Assembly (NCBI GenBank): GCA_030141605.1
Contig: JAQGDQ010000527.1
Coordinates: 62,001 to 126,000 of the forward strand
DNA from: Tubiluchus corallicola
Lineage: Eukaryota > Animalia > Priapulida
Direction of reading: 5' to 3'
DNA length: 64,000 nucleotides
In this document: piece by piece, positions 25,101 through 37,700 of the stretch
How positions within the stretch are numbered: position 1 is the first letter of the stretch
Layout: each line of letters starts with the position of its first letter
Program-made: the position numbers and the translations under genes
Notes under the pieces: model-generated
The model's input: the letters and a program-made list of their open reading frames with translations, nothing else
Told to the model about the DNA's origin: nothing
The model's database searches: none

Positions 25101-27027
25101 CCGCTGAGCATGTGCACCTACTAGATTCACAACTACTTAACCAAAGTTGCATTAAAACAATTTGATTGTTTCGTCACAACCGCTGAGCATCTGCACCTAC
25201 TAGATTCACCACTACTTAACCAAAGTTGTATTAAAACAAGTTGATTGTTTCGTCATAACCGCAGAGCATGTACACCTACTAGATTCACCACTACTTAACC
25301 AAAGTTGCATTAAAACAATTTGATTGTTTCGTCACAACCGCTGAGCATCTGCACCTACTAGATTCACAACTACTTAACCAAAGTTGCATTAAAACAAGTT
25401 GATTGTTTCGTCACAACCGCTGAGCATGTGCACCTAAAACAATTTGATTGTTTCGTCACAACCGCTGAGCATGTGCACCTACTAGATTCACCACTACTTA
25501 ACCAAAGTTGCATTAAAACAATTTGATTGTTTCGTCACAACCGCTGAGCATGTGCACCTACTAGATTCACCACTACTTAACCAAAGTTGCATTAAAACAA
25601 TTTGATTGTTTCGTCACAACCGCTGAGCATCTGCACCTACTAGATTCACCACTACTTAACCAAAGTTGTATTAAAACAATTTGATTGTTTCGTCACAACC
25701 GCTGAGCATCTGCACCTACTATATTCACCACTACTTAACCAAAGTTGTATTAAAACAAGTTGATTGTTTCGTCATAACCGCAGAGCATGTACACCTACTA
25801 GATTCACCACTACTTAACCAAAGTTGCATTAAAACAATTTGATTGTTTCGTCACAACCGCTGAGCATCTGCACCTACTAGATTCACAACTACTTAACCAA
25901 AGTTGCATTAAAACAAGTTGATTGTTTCGTCACAACCGCTGAGCATGTGCACCTAAAACAATTTGATTGTTTCGTCACAACCGCTGAGCATGTGCACCTA
26001 CTAGATTCACCACTACTTAACCAAAGTTGCATTAAAACAATTTGATTGTTTCGTCACAACCGCCGAGCATGTGCACCTACTAAAGAACATTTTAGTCTAC
26101 TAAATGAACTTGAATCACTGTTTTACGCTTGAGCCATTCTGTACGCAATTGAGTGAGCTGACTACCGGCGGCATCCTAGTAACATGCGCGAGTGAAAAAC
26201 TTTTTGCAATTTACCGTTAGATGCTTCGACGCTTCTTAGGCAACCAGATAAATTGAAAAAGTGTTGTAAATTGTACAATCTTATGTAGCTGCATATGCCA
26301 AATCAGAAAAGATACAAGATTTCATTAATGCAGATACATAGAAAATTTGGCTAAGTAATGGTTAAACGGTTAGTAATTTTCTAAATGGTTATACCAGTTA
26401 GCGGTCGGTTAAATGGTTAAACGGTCAGTAATTTTCTAAATGGTTATACCAGTTGGCGGTCGGTTAAATGGTGAACCATCTCAGCCCTACCCTCTACCAT
26501 AATATAAGATCAATGTAGCGTGATATAACATAAATGTAGCGTGATATAAGTTCAATATAGCATGATACGAAATGATTTTTGTATCACCAAAAGAGCTTCC
26601 TGATTTTGGAAGAATTAGTGTCAGTGTATTCCAAATATTTTTCGTTTTTTTTTTAATTCCTTTAGGTACCACATTTTTACTATTATATTTTTTATGAACA
26701 GAAACTGGTCGGTTGTTTTATAAGTTACTTTCACTTTTAGCCATTGTCATACTTTGGAAGCAAAGTATTGTTGGAATAATGAGGACAGTTTGAGTTGGAA
26801 GTTGGTTCAACTGCAGTTTGACACGTACCAGCATGTGTTATTGCTTGCTGCAGTTTACCAGCATTGTTAGTCATCTGTGTTTGCACGTAATTGTAATTAA
26901 TTTTGTTAATTAATGTTAATTAATTAATTAATTTGAAATATACGTCTTTTTTCAGTCAAAAATGGAGAAACACGAGGGTTGGGATGCATTTAAACAATGC
27001 GTGAAGGCGGAGATGCGGGACGCTTGA
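13113..27027 (+). CDS. MICU3: Mitochondrial calcium uptake protein MICU2/MICU3-like, last five coding exons (5' exons not found, probably upstream of the window)
   Basis: Exons 13113-13240, 16175-16352, 22780-22888, 24161-24318, 26956-27027 (TGA); all GT-AG with consistent phases. Protein: LESIF...[13 protein letters not shown]...[18 protein letters not shown]...[14 protein letters not shown]...[29 protein letters not shown]...[11 protein letters not shown]...[28 protein letters not shown]...FKQCVKAEM. Has a canonical EF-hand and follows the recalled MICU3 C-terminus; MICU2 vs MICU3 orthology is unresolved. Confidence 0.92.
13553..13626 (-). mobile_element. Degenerate tRNA-derived SINE head
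   Basis: Minus strand has box A-like tagtataatgg and box B ggttcgactcc, but no intact cloverleaf. Confidence 0.5.
13786..13942. repeat. (GGTAA)n/(GATAA)n pentanucleotide microsatellite
   Basis: Direct reading; source of the spurious YLTLP ORF. Confidence 0.95.
14010..14655. mobile_element. Non-autonomous DNA transposon family B
   Basis: TIR tgtgtgcttgca ... tgcaagcacaca; colinear copy at 60177-60844. Confidence 0.75.
15181..15968 (+). mobile_element. Non-autonomous DNA transposon family C with subterminal tcaaatgt repeats
   Basis: Ends taggtttt ... gaaaccta flanked by TA; inverted copy at 59023-59805. Confidence 0.8.
17543..17964. mobile_element. hAT MITE
   Basis: TIR caggggcggaactag / ctagttccggccctg; perfect 8-bp TSD atattact. 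Confidence 0.88.
18841..19312 (-). mobile_element. hAT-like MITE family D
   Basis: Ends cagtgacgg ... gtcgccactg; internal sequence is the reverse complement of 35025-35832. Confidence 0.7.
19682..20165 (+). mobile_element. hAT (Buster/Charlie-type) MITE family A, full length
   Basis: TIR caggggtgtgcaaatt / aatttgcacacccctg; 8-bp TSD ctttaggc/ctttagtc. Confidence 0.92.
20398..20632. repeat. 23-bp minisatellite
   Basis: Unit tatttaaaatggcttcatttgca, ~10 copies. Confidence 0.9.
20868..21558. mobile_element. piggyBac-like MITE
   Basis: TIR ctccttcaggac / gtcctgaaggag followed by TTAA. The internal part recurs at ~57000-57482. Confidence 0.65.
22105..22197. repeat. (CA)n microsatellite
   Basis: Direct reading. 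Confidence 0.9.
23356..24105. repeat. 31-bp minisatellite, ~24 copies
   Basis: Unit tgaatgtgcggtgcaattgtacgaccactgc; ends ~55 nt before the MICU exon at 24161. Confidence 0.97.
24487..26082. repeat. 79-bp tandem satellite, ~20 copies
   Basis: Unit ctactagattcaccactacttaaccaaagttgcattaaaacaatttgattgtttcgtcacaaccgctgagcatctgcac, with two truncated units. Confidence 0.97.
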
Positions 27028-27280
27028 GTAACAGCAGGGTGAAGAGAGGTGACCAGGTAAAGAGGAATCCTCTCTCGAGTCTGATCACATTTACTGACTG
27101 TGGTTTACTAGCTTAATTCAGTTATATCGGGTGGCCCACAAAAATCTTTATTAACATCAGCAATGCAGTATAGCACCATTATAGTGAAGAAAGTTTATTG
27201 CGCACAGACTGGTAATGCAAACTCACAAAACAGAACGAATTTCAGCATTTATTTAACTAGTATAATAGCTTTGACTAGAT

Positions 27281-27708
27281 CAGGGGTGTGAAAACTGCGG
27301 CCCGCCGAGAGATCTTGTGGCCCGCGAAGAGATTTGTCAACCTAATGAAAGTGCGGCCCCGGGCGATTAATTGAGTGTATCCAGCTGAAGTCTGCGCCAA
27401 TATCGCAAAGATAGTGCGGGTAGTTTTTCCTCTAGATCGGATGGCATTAACCCTTACAAGACCATTGTCACTTAATGTCATTGTCGGACATGACGAAATA
27501 TATGGTTTTTAATATAAATTTTAATAACTTCTAAAATAGTTTCTTGAGTGTAGTAGTGTAGTCGTAATGATGTACGCAGGTCGGATGCAAAAAAAAATCG
27601 TTATTAAGTCCTACTGTACTGGGCTCCTTGACCAAATTGCATGTGGCCCACAGGAATTGCGGGAAAGTTTAATGTGTCCCGGCTAGTCAGATAATTTGCA
27701 CACCCCTG
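27281..27708 (-). mobile_element. hAT MITE family A, 250 nt downstream of the MICU stop
   Basis: Same TIRs; TSD gactagat/gactagag. Confidence 0.9.
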
Positions 27709-27981
27709 GACTAGAGCACACTCGGCCATTGCATGTTGCCACTTTTTTGTCGTACTCATGTGTTTGCATTTTTTGTTTGGCAAACAATGTCTGTATTTGC
27801 AGTCAACCATTGTTTAATGCAACTCATTATAATGCCAAACTGGTTTGACTGTGCAAGAAGAAAGACGAATGTTTGAAATTTTGTCACTGTACCAGGAACA
27901 ATAAACTGTTGGGGGAAATGATCAGTGCCAATTTGGCAACTCCATTTTAAATTACACTTACTTAAGTTATTGTATAAAAAA

Positions 27982-28543
27982 CTATTTATACATCAAACGA
28001 AAGGTCTGGATCTAGTGTCGTGCCATAGGGGTTTATTTTTTTAATCCGGCCCAGCGGAACGAACGGGGGGTGAAAAACCTCCAAAAATCTCTATTTTTCG
28101 GCCGTTTTTTTTGCAAAACTTATACGTCTGAGATCTGAAGAACGGGAACGGGCCGAGGGTGGTGCTGGCTATGGATAGATAGCCCGTTCAGTGGTGGGTG
28201 TCATAGGCTTATTTAGAATTTGCTAGAGGGCCACGGCGTCCTGTAACGGGCGTTTTCTCGGACCCAACTCGCGATTTTTTTCGAAATTTTGGTCAAACAG
28301 CCTATATAAAAAACGTTCTAGTGGCGCCTGGTGGCACTCTCGGGAGGAGATATACGGGTCATTAGAAAGAGGAAGAACAGGGCTACACGATTATACTCTG
28401 CCTATAACCTTATAACTTTAATTCAGTAAAAGCTGCTGCTGCTGGCTTTGCATTAGGAAATAAACGAATACTGGGTAGAATGTTCGCGCATTGTTGATTA
28501 TAAGTGTATTTATATGGAAAATTTTTTGCGGGGCCTTTGCTAG
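27982..28543 (+). mobile_element. Non-autonomous Helitron-like element
   Basis: GC-rich island beginning a|ctatttatacatcaaacg and ending gcggggcctttgCTAG|t, with no TSD or TIR. Confidence 0.5.
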
Positions 28544-29347
28544 TATATTCTATTAATATCCGTGTTGAATTAGAAATATGTTGCTTCCAAAAAATGTTCC
28601 GTTTTCTTTATTTTAATCCATTATGTTTAACGATTTAATGTTTGTTATAATTGTGGAAACTCGTATTGTTTTCCACGAGTTTTATAATCGTGTGCTACTT
28701 TTTGTTTGAAATTAAAATACGTAGGTTTTAGTTTTTTGATCGGGGCAAAACGGTCATTGGTTGTAAAAATTGTCATTCATTTCGTTTAGGTCCAGGTGTC
28801 ATTTTTTCTCATTTATACACAAGCTGTTGTTCTTTTCAGTGTAATCACTGATACATTTTAAAACTGTTTGATGTATTTTCATAGGAATGTGAAATGTGCA
28901 TGCACTGTCGCACTTATGTACAGCTTGAAACCTAGTCAAAACAAATTGTTTCTGTTCATTTTGAAAATTTATTATGAACACTTAAAACTGTATTTGGCGA
29001 CATCTTTTACAAGTTACAATGTTAATAAACTTGTTTTATTATTATTATTAATAAATTTGTTAATATTAAGAAATATCGTTAGCGTTTGAACACACACAGA
29101 TTAGAACAAACTGTTGTCTCTTTCTGACAGGGATAAACTAATACGACTTGTTCTTCCATTAGTTATTTCTAAAGCAAGAATTGAGTGGGGAAACTTAGCC
29201 AATTCCTGAAACGTCACTTAGTAAAGGGAACGATAAAAGATGATCCGTCTAGTACAGGCAATAGAAAAGATTTTGGTAGAGTAGTAATGTGAAGGAAGAG
29301 AGGAAAGGTGGGAAGGGACTGAAAGTAAGAAATTGTGAGAAAGAGGG

Positions 29348-29387
<40 letters not shown>

Positions 29388-29436
29388 GGAGGGAGGGAGG
29401 GAGGGAGGTAGGGAGAGAGAGAGGAGGGGAGAGGGA
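29348..29436. repeat. (TA)n(GA)n(GGGA)n compound microsatellite
   Basis: Direct reading. Confidence 0.9.
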
Positions 29437-30396
29437 GAAACCCATGAATGAGTATTTGGGATAAATAGATTGCGGTTAGAATGATAGGCAAAGAAGCCAG
29501 AAGAGGCAGTAAAAGCAAGGAGAAATAGCAGAGCAAGAGAAAGACAGAGAGAGAGATGGAGGACAAGACAGACTAATATTCTTGTCAGTATTGTGCAGTT
29601 CAGCAGTCTTTCACAGGGAGCATCCTCTAATACCAGTACACCTGCGGATGAGCTTTCTGCTCCCCACTTCCACGAAGTTCGAGAAAAGCAAACGTAACTT
29701 ACTTCTTCAGAAGCAACCAAGAAGTCACTAGCATAAAATTATACAGATATTTCAGCAGCATAATGCAAGTCTTTGCTGAAACAAAGCCACTTTACCATGA
29801 TTCCAATAAAGTGGGAAATCACTACCACCAGCAAGTTGATTTTGTGGAATGAAACAAGATGGCGCACCTGCATAATAATTTCGCATGTTACGTTTATTAC
29901 ATACATCAGTGATGACAGTACATTCATCACAGTTAGTTTCAGTGTAATTTGCTTCATACAAACTTGAGTTGTGGGATTATAAAATTGTAACATATTGTAG
30001 TATAATTGTGTTTATTATAATCATGTACACGGTGGTACATGAACTTTTGCTAAGTGGTACAAAACCAAAAAGTAAAAGTACAGAACAGTTTATTACATCT
30101 AAGTATTGCTCAAATAATAGCAAATCTATCACACCTTCACAATTTGGTGTGGAACCGCACACTACTCGCACAGTCTGCAATCTTCAGGTTTATGATTGGA
30201 ACAGCGACTGGAAGAATTCAAGATCCTCTAACACGTCTTGCAGATGTCTCACAAGCTTGTCTGTCGAATACTGAGCAACGGGATATTCCTTCACCATCTT
30301 AGTGTCCACTCTGCCTTTCAGGGTAGCTCCAATGCGTTGGGGGGGGGGGGTGAACTCTAGTGAATTCCCTGGCCATTCAGCACAATGGCAAAAAAT

Positions 30397-30779
30397 TGTT
30401 GTTGTTGGTTGGGTGCATGCCTGGGCAAGGTGTATGGAGATCCTGAGCTGCCCAGACAACAGGAACCCCCTCTCTTCCTCCCTGGTGTAGTTCAAAGGAA
30501 AGCGGAGTGATGCGTTTGGCACCAGGTTGGCTGCAGGAGCTGCCGGAGTCAGTGAGCATGCTGCACTGGTCCGCCTTCGGGGCTCCACTCCTGATTTGGA
30601 AGGTTTACTCCTCTACACATGGCCATTGTGTCACTTGACCTCTTCCGCCCTCTAGCTGTTGGCTGCTTGTGCACCTGGTATTCCTAGGCAGTCACCCATC
30701 CAAGTACTAACCAGGCTCTGCATTGCTTAACTTCGGTGATCAGACGAGAACCGGTGTTTTCAACGTGATATGGCCGTAA
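30397..30779 (-). mobile_element. 5S-derived SINE copy with 5S head (30671-30779) and two internal deletions
   Basis: 5S-like head on the minus strand, then body. Imperfect TSD atggcaaaaaat/acggcaaaagat. Confidence 0.85.
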
Positions 30780-31054
30780 TACGGCAAAAGATAATACCAA
30801 AGTTTTTACGACACTGCTCTGATCATATCCCTCAAGACTGTAAGCAGTATGAGACATGAGAAGGTACGATAGAATGTCAATTGACTCGTCTATACTCTGA
30901 TGTAATAAATTGCTCTGTACTGTTATGTATTGTTTCTGTATCTCCAAGAAAAGTATTGTGTACCACCCAGTACTGCAGTGATCTTAGAAAAGGGCAGCAT
31001 TGAATGCGGGATCTCTAAGCGGAATCACTACAACTGTTACTTGCATGTCCTGAT

Positions 31055-31389
31055 TAGGGGTGAGCATTCTCTACCAGAAAGCGAATTCGAATTGAGATTG
31101 AAAGATTTTCGAACAAGTTTTCAAACCACCAGTAAAAATTAGTCTTACAAAGATCATGTGTATCACTAGATTTTGTTCTGCAATAAAACGACTAGTAATT
31201 TGTTTAAAGTTGTGCGCAGAAATCACTGCTAAATTATGCTAATTGCATGTTGTTTCAATCGTTTTAGTGATCAGGAAGATATGTGATTGAACTGCTGAAT
31301 TATTCGAATCTATAGTTTTGGATTCAAATCGACTTCGAACTAAAAAAACTCGTTCGAATCGAACTCGAGCGTTCGATTGCTCACCCCTA
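31055..31389 (+). mobile_element. hAT MITE family E
   Basis: TIR taggggtgagca / tgctcaccccta; perfect TSD gtcctgat. Confidence 0.9.
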
Positions 31390-31700
31390 GTCCTGATACA
31401 TCACTGAAGTGGACAGATTGCTTTCCAAAAGAAGCGTAGGCACATGTGGGTCATGTGACCGACCAAGTCTGCGATCTGCACTTGTGACAAAAGAAAAACA
31501 GAAGTAATTCCACATGGGCCAGTGTCTCTGTTACCCACTGATTCATACTCTGGAGTTATGTAGGTATCAGTCTTGCTGCATCGTGGTGTGAAAGTCATGT
31601 GATCATTGTTAACTCATCTTTTGGACATTTTACACAATTGCGCACATGATAATCCTGCTCTGCACAAATCACAGTCAATTTCTAAATTAAACATGCAGCC

Positions 31701-34700
31701 TCAGGCGGATGCTAGACTGTCCGACATGTCTTTGAGCTGTTTCGCAAATGCCTGAAATGACACAAAAAATCGTTGCTAAATACGATATAATCAATAATGT
31801 CACAGTGATAATACTGTTGCTTTGGAAAGCAAAACAAGCAGCTAGTTCATTTTTATTTGTTACCAAATTACAAGCCACTGTTGGTACTGAATTTTAAAAT
31901 TTTTTACTCGACATTTTAAGACAGAGCAAACGAACGATTTTTTGCAAAAAATGGAAACCAATATTTAACATTTTTCCTTCACGTTCCAATGGCTTCCGCA
32001 AATGGTGAGTTGTCAATAGAAGCCACATTAGCCAGTGTGGTGATGTACTTGCACCAATTTTTTTTTAATTTTTCGACTAAAAGCAACACCAGATGCCCTT
32101 GACGTCTCCCAAAATCTGACTACGTCAAATTTGCCTTGTTTTATCTTCTTCACACCTGACCAAGGTTCTTATAACTTTTTATTAACGTTCGCTGATGTTA
32201 CAACGTCTGCCACAACAAAATCTGATATTATTACTTTTATAAAACTAACTTGGGGTAAAAGGTTGGTTTTGAGGGACAACCGACTGAATGACCAACCAAA
32301 AGACACAACTTTAGTAATAATACGAGAAATGATTACAGTACTGGCAATTTAAAAAGTGTAGGAGGTCATAAGTAGTCATCCCAAGGTTCTCTGAAGCTTA
32401 AATTGATTGCAGCATGACAGTCATTTTACGCCTTTTGTGAATAGGGTGCTATGCAAAGATCCTATTAAGCCTTGAAACTAACAAAGTCTGGAAAGTGCTG
32501 ATGACTACTTATACGCATGTACTTCAGAAATAAAACATACTCTATATTCGGAAATAGTCATTTCTAATGTTTTCGTGTGCAGCGTGCCTGCATTGTCGGC
32601 TATCGTCATGGTTACGTGAACATACGGATGATTTAGATTTTTGCAAGAACTCGATGTAACGGCAATACCTAGACCCCACTGCAGATCTAGCAGCTGTAAA
32701 ACAAAATACTCATTGTCAGGCAGCAAAAAGCTAATTAACAACAATTCACCAATCTTGAAATTATGATTACAGTAGTTGCCGCTTAATAGAACCATGTGAC
32801 ATAAAACCAGAGAGAAAGTTTTTTTTCCATATAAGTTGACCCTCGTTAAACCGGACCCCGTTAGCCCGGATATCGGATAAGACGGACGTCATCCGCGGTA
32901 AAAGAAACTGACCGATTTCCGTCCGAGCCGGAGCGCTAAACACAACACGGCCTACCAACTGTACAATAATTTCTTTATCCTCACAGGTTAACTATTTTAA
33001 AGTAATATACAGTATAGTATATAGTGCAATGTATATAGGCCTTACTAAGGTGATTATTCCTGTATAATATAGACCATATATAGGCATATCGGATAAATCG
33101 GACAATCGGCTAAACTGGAACACCCCCCCCCCCCCAATTAGTTCGGTTTAACGAGGGTTGACTGTACCTAGAATTACCTATATAGAAACTAGTGTTAAGA
33201 GAATTTGGTTAATAAAATCAGTGCATCCTTTAATAAGAAAATATGGTCACATTTTTCAGTAATGGGCGACAAAAACGATAACAAAATGAAAAAAATAAAA
33301 TGTTTTTTTGTAGTTTGTTTACTCTTTACTATACGCATTTGAAATTTAAGACCCGTTTCCTAGATTCAGCTCTTCTTAGTCAAAAGTCACACTGAATGTT
33401 AAAGTTGGTTGTTCTCCTCTGCATGTACAGCTACTAAAGTAAATTTTAGTCTGTTGAATGAACTTAAATCACTGTTGTATAATTGAGTCATTCTGTAGGC
33501 ATGCAAGTGAGCTGACTGTCCCGTGTTTAATTGACATAATTTATAGTATTAATTAGGAGCGTTTATGAACTGTATAGTGTGTACTTTGCCAAACAGGCCT
33601 CCATTTGTTAATACCACTTTTTCCTGGCCCCAAGATAATTTTGTTAAGCAACAACTAATGTATGAACGTTAAGTAAATAGTTAACAGCCATACAAAATTT
33701 CTACTTAACTTCATAACCATCTATTCTGCATAAACTTCTGCCTGTTCAATGCTTTAGTTGTCATTAACGTTTGATGGAAGAAGCAGAGCCAGATTATCTG
33801 CAGCCTAGGGTCCCTCAAACTTACGGAGCCCTCATGCTTTGGTAGCATTTAGTAAGAAATCTGTTTTTTCATCATGGCTGCATTGAAATATGTGCTAATT
33901 CGGTTGGCAATAAATAGTAAACTAGTGGTATTTCTTATGGAATATTTTTATTGACAAACAAATAAATATTTTATTTAAAGAATCTGCAACAAGTTTACTT
34001 CAAGCTACGTAAATCTCGCTAAATATATCACGAGTAAAAATATTCAAGACGGGTGTGGGTGAGTTAGAGGGTGACTCCACCATAGGAGGGCCCTATATTT
34101 TATTAACCCAGGGGCCCCAAAAGGTGATAATCCGACCCTGGGTGGGGGTACATACTTTTGTCTTTTCTTCACCAGGTTAAAACACACACAAGTTTCACGT
34201 CACAAATTTGACAAAAAATGATAAAATACCTTATTAACACCGGCTTCGTTTGACGCGAGTGACAACATGGCTTCCCGATCTTGCCACGCGTCGCATACCA
34301 ACCGAATGGCTTCGTCTTTCCATGCGAAACTCCACTTCAAACCTTTTAGTAAAGCTTCTGGAGTAATTCTGGCTTCGCTGCATGACCTGCAAACAACGTA
34401 AAGTAAAATACACTCAACATTGTCCACACACATACATTCCTACACACCTAAATGTGGGTGTCACTTGAGAAATCCAGAAGTACAAGGATTACAGTTTTCT
34501 ATCATCAAAGCCATTGTTGTGGTCGTTGCCACAGCTCATGATAATCGTTGTGGAAGTTGGAATTGTACATTATAATTAGGTGCTGCCATCTATGGGCTAC
34601 TCCTGTTACATTCCACCAGCTGATTTACCCCCAGTATAATTTTTGTGAAGCCTGTGCAAGTCTGCATAGGTCAAGTTCTATACCTATATATACTGACTGT

Positions 34701-37700
34701 TTTTGCTTTCTAGTCACTCTAACTCTCAGTGTTCAGTGAAGGAGACTCTCACTCTCAGTGTTCAGTGCAGCAGTCATGCTATTCAAGTATCTTTAGTTTT
34801 AATAAACACTTTTCTGTTGTGTGCCGTGCAAATATGTATTATAGATTTTTTATTCTTGTTCATACTTCTGTGCCTAAACTCAATCATAACAAAGTGAGTG
34901 ATCAACAACTTCAAACATGACTTTCACAATCGTCGTCACCATCATCAATGTCATGATCATCATCACGTTCTCACCATTATCTTCGATATAGATCATTATT
35001 ACTATTAATACTATTACTTATCGGCAGTAGCAGCTAGTGTATAGGTGCTGTGGAACTGCAGTAGCCCCGATTTTCAACCGATATTATCGATAGCATTTAA
35101 TATAACGAGTCTTTTTTCTTTAATTATTTCTTTATACTTGTACATATTTGTAAATTCTTGCACGGAACCAGAGCATGTGCACTTCACAGTTTCAGTAACG
35201 GAGTTTTTGGCTGTCGTGCGCAAGCTGCCAAGCGCACATGTCTGAGAAAGAAGCTGAAAGCTAGGTAGAGAAGGCACTGTCGCTCACGAAGTGCTGCCCC
35301 TGTTGACTCAGCATGTGTTATGCTAAAAAACCGTGTACCATATTCTTGAATGTGTTAAAGCAGGGGTGTGCAAATTATCTGACTAGCCGGGCCACATTAA
35401 ACATTCCCCCAATTCCTGTGGGCCACATGCAGTTTGGTCAAGGAGCCAAGTACAGAAAGGCCTAATAACGATTTTTTTGCATCCGACCTGCGTACGTCAT
35501 TACTACTACACTCAAGAAACTATTTTAGAAGTTACTAAAATTTATATTACAAACCACATATTTCTACTTTCAGGACAGATAGTGGTAATTTCATTACAAT
35601 GCATATTAGTATTGTGTATCACACAGTCTGTGTAGTACAGTGACATTAAGCTACAACCGTCTTGTACGGGTCCCGCGTCTTTGCCCGCGAGCCGCAGTTT
35701 GCACACCCCTGTGTTAAAGTGTAGATGATTATCATGCTTCCAGCTATTCTGTTTAATTCAATATTTTATCAAGTTTATGTATAAATTTTCTGAAGCAGCA
35801 CCGCCACTAATTTTGGCTACGAGCCACCACCGCTTATCGGCACCACTATCAGGACCAGCCACGTATAGTGACATAATCAATAATTCCATTACACAATATT
35901 TCAGAACAATAATTTTGAAAAATGTCTATTTCACGTACACGCAGTGACTCAGCAAACTACAAAAGCAAGAATCATTTACCGAAAAAGGTAGTTTAGTGAT
36001 CTTGCAGCACTGCACAGTGATTCTTCGTTAACTCCACTAGGCTGCAAAAGAGAAAAGTTGAAAACTCCGGCAATAAGCATTTTAATTCTAATTATAGTCT
36101 AGTCATAGGTATATGTATTGATCGATTCACCACTGAGTTTGTCTGTTTGGCGACATAACGAATATAGTTTACATAAGCACTCATCCTAGCATGACGTGGC
36201 GAGGGCGAGAAGCGAGGGTGGCGACTTAACGAGGTAAATATCAAAGCAGGAAATCCGTCCTGGTACTTTCTATGGCGAGAGACGAGTTTGGCGGCATAAC
36301 GAGGGGCGAGATAACGAGGCTAGACTGTATTAGTAAAGAATGCTTTTCCTCATCTTCAAGAAAGAGCTACTCTCTGCCTTGAAACATAGAAAGTAAAGCA
36401 CAATTAAGCTATTGTTTAGCCAGGATTTGAACCGGAAACTTCCTGCTTTAGTAACTGGTCGAATGATCAAGGATGCCTGGGATACATCAATGCATACTTA
36501 ATAATCAAAACTGTCACTAAATGTCATCACCAGGTCAAAGTGCTGTTGTCGGTATCACTTAACGAAGTGGATATTAAAAGTCAACTTACTTTAACATATT
36601 TGTCGACGGAAACCGACACTGTGCCAGTCGCATCCAGTAGATCGGACAAAACGTCATAGCTCTAGGAAATACAAAATAAACGTGTGATTTCAATGCAAAT
36701 GAGTTTTTCTAAATTAACATTAAATTAAGTCACCATCTTCTGATGAACTATAAACGCGATTGCTGTGAAGGTATCGTACAGCGGAACCAAGATTTCAACA
36801 CAAATCTGCACTGTGGCACTTTGACAAATGTGTACCACTTTTGTTCAGTTACTCCTACTCTTTTTTACACCATTTGGCACCAACATCCACATCCGAAATC
36901 GTGCATCCAATAAATTAGCAGTGTCTAGTAATTTGGCCATGAATGGAACTTAGTACATTTGGTATTTGGTATATGAGGAGAAGAGTAAGCCAACAGCAAT
37001 TAACTGGACAAGGTTGTCTTTGGCTAGTTACTCAGTGGATGAGAGATTGGCGTAAGAGACGGAAATCATGCTCTACTCACGAAAGTGAGAAGGTGAGTTT
37101 AGTTCCAAAATCAAGAATAATCAGGACTAATTTTAAGATGGAACACTAAACTGAGAGAATTGTCTTAATTGCCCTCTAAATTCTGTTTTATAATAATAAT
37201 AATAATAATCTTTTATTTATCTTTTAACACACGCACAGTTGTAATACAATTAATTTGGTAACAAAAACGTGAAGAAAGGGCAGCGAGAGACCAATTGGTC
37301 ATCTAGTCAGCTGCCCTTTGGTTAGTGCACATTTTTAATAGGTGCTATGCTACCGTGTATTAGTGTTAGTACTGCTTATAATAAAAACTAAATTGTTACG
37401 AATGACATTAAATTGATATGCTTATATTTTGATGAGTAAAACAGTAAAACACCCCAGAATCTGATTTTCCATGTCCACATCCACCCTTTTACTAATCAGA
37501 TACAGGGATGATTAATTTGTACCAAGCACCATGCACCTAGGTACCCTCACTACCCATTCGCCCTCCCTATCATTTCCAATTCCACTTTGTCTTTCATGTG
37601 TTAATACATAAAGCTAGACAATTTACAGACGCTGTAATTCAGCTGGATAAAAATTAGATAATACGACAAGTCATGTTTTCTAGATATATAGAAATTATAT

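Noticed and set aside
23356-26082. CRISPR-like arrays or repeat-protein ORFs (23442-23960 etc.)
   Set aside because: Head-to-tail units with no unique spacers, in eukaryotic introns; the ORFs arise because the 31-bp unit lacks stops on one strand.
30185-30302. Protein-like stretch KMVKEYPVAQYSTDKLVRHLQDVLEDLEFFQSLFQS on the minus strand
   Set aside because: No recognisable family and no linked exons; the ORF starts inside a SINE. Unresolved without tBLASTx.
36734-36805. Possible in-frame 72-nt cassette exon in COMMD6 (ICVEILVPLYDTFTAIAFIVHQKM)
   Set aside because: It has AG/GT ends and phase 0, but a poor pyrimidine tract and no COMMD6 similarity; the gene model is complete without it. Needs RNA-seq.
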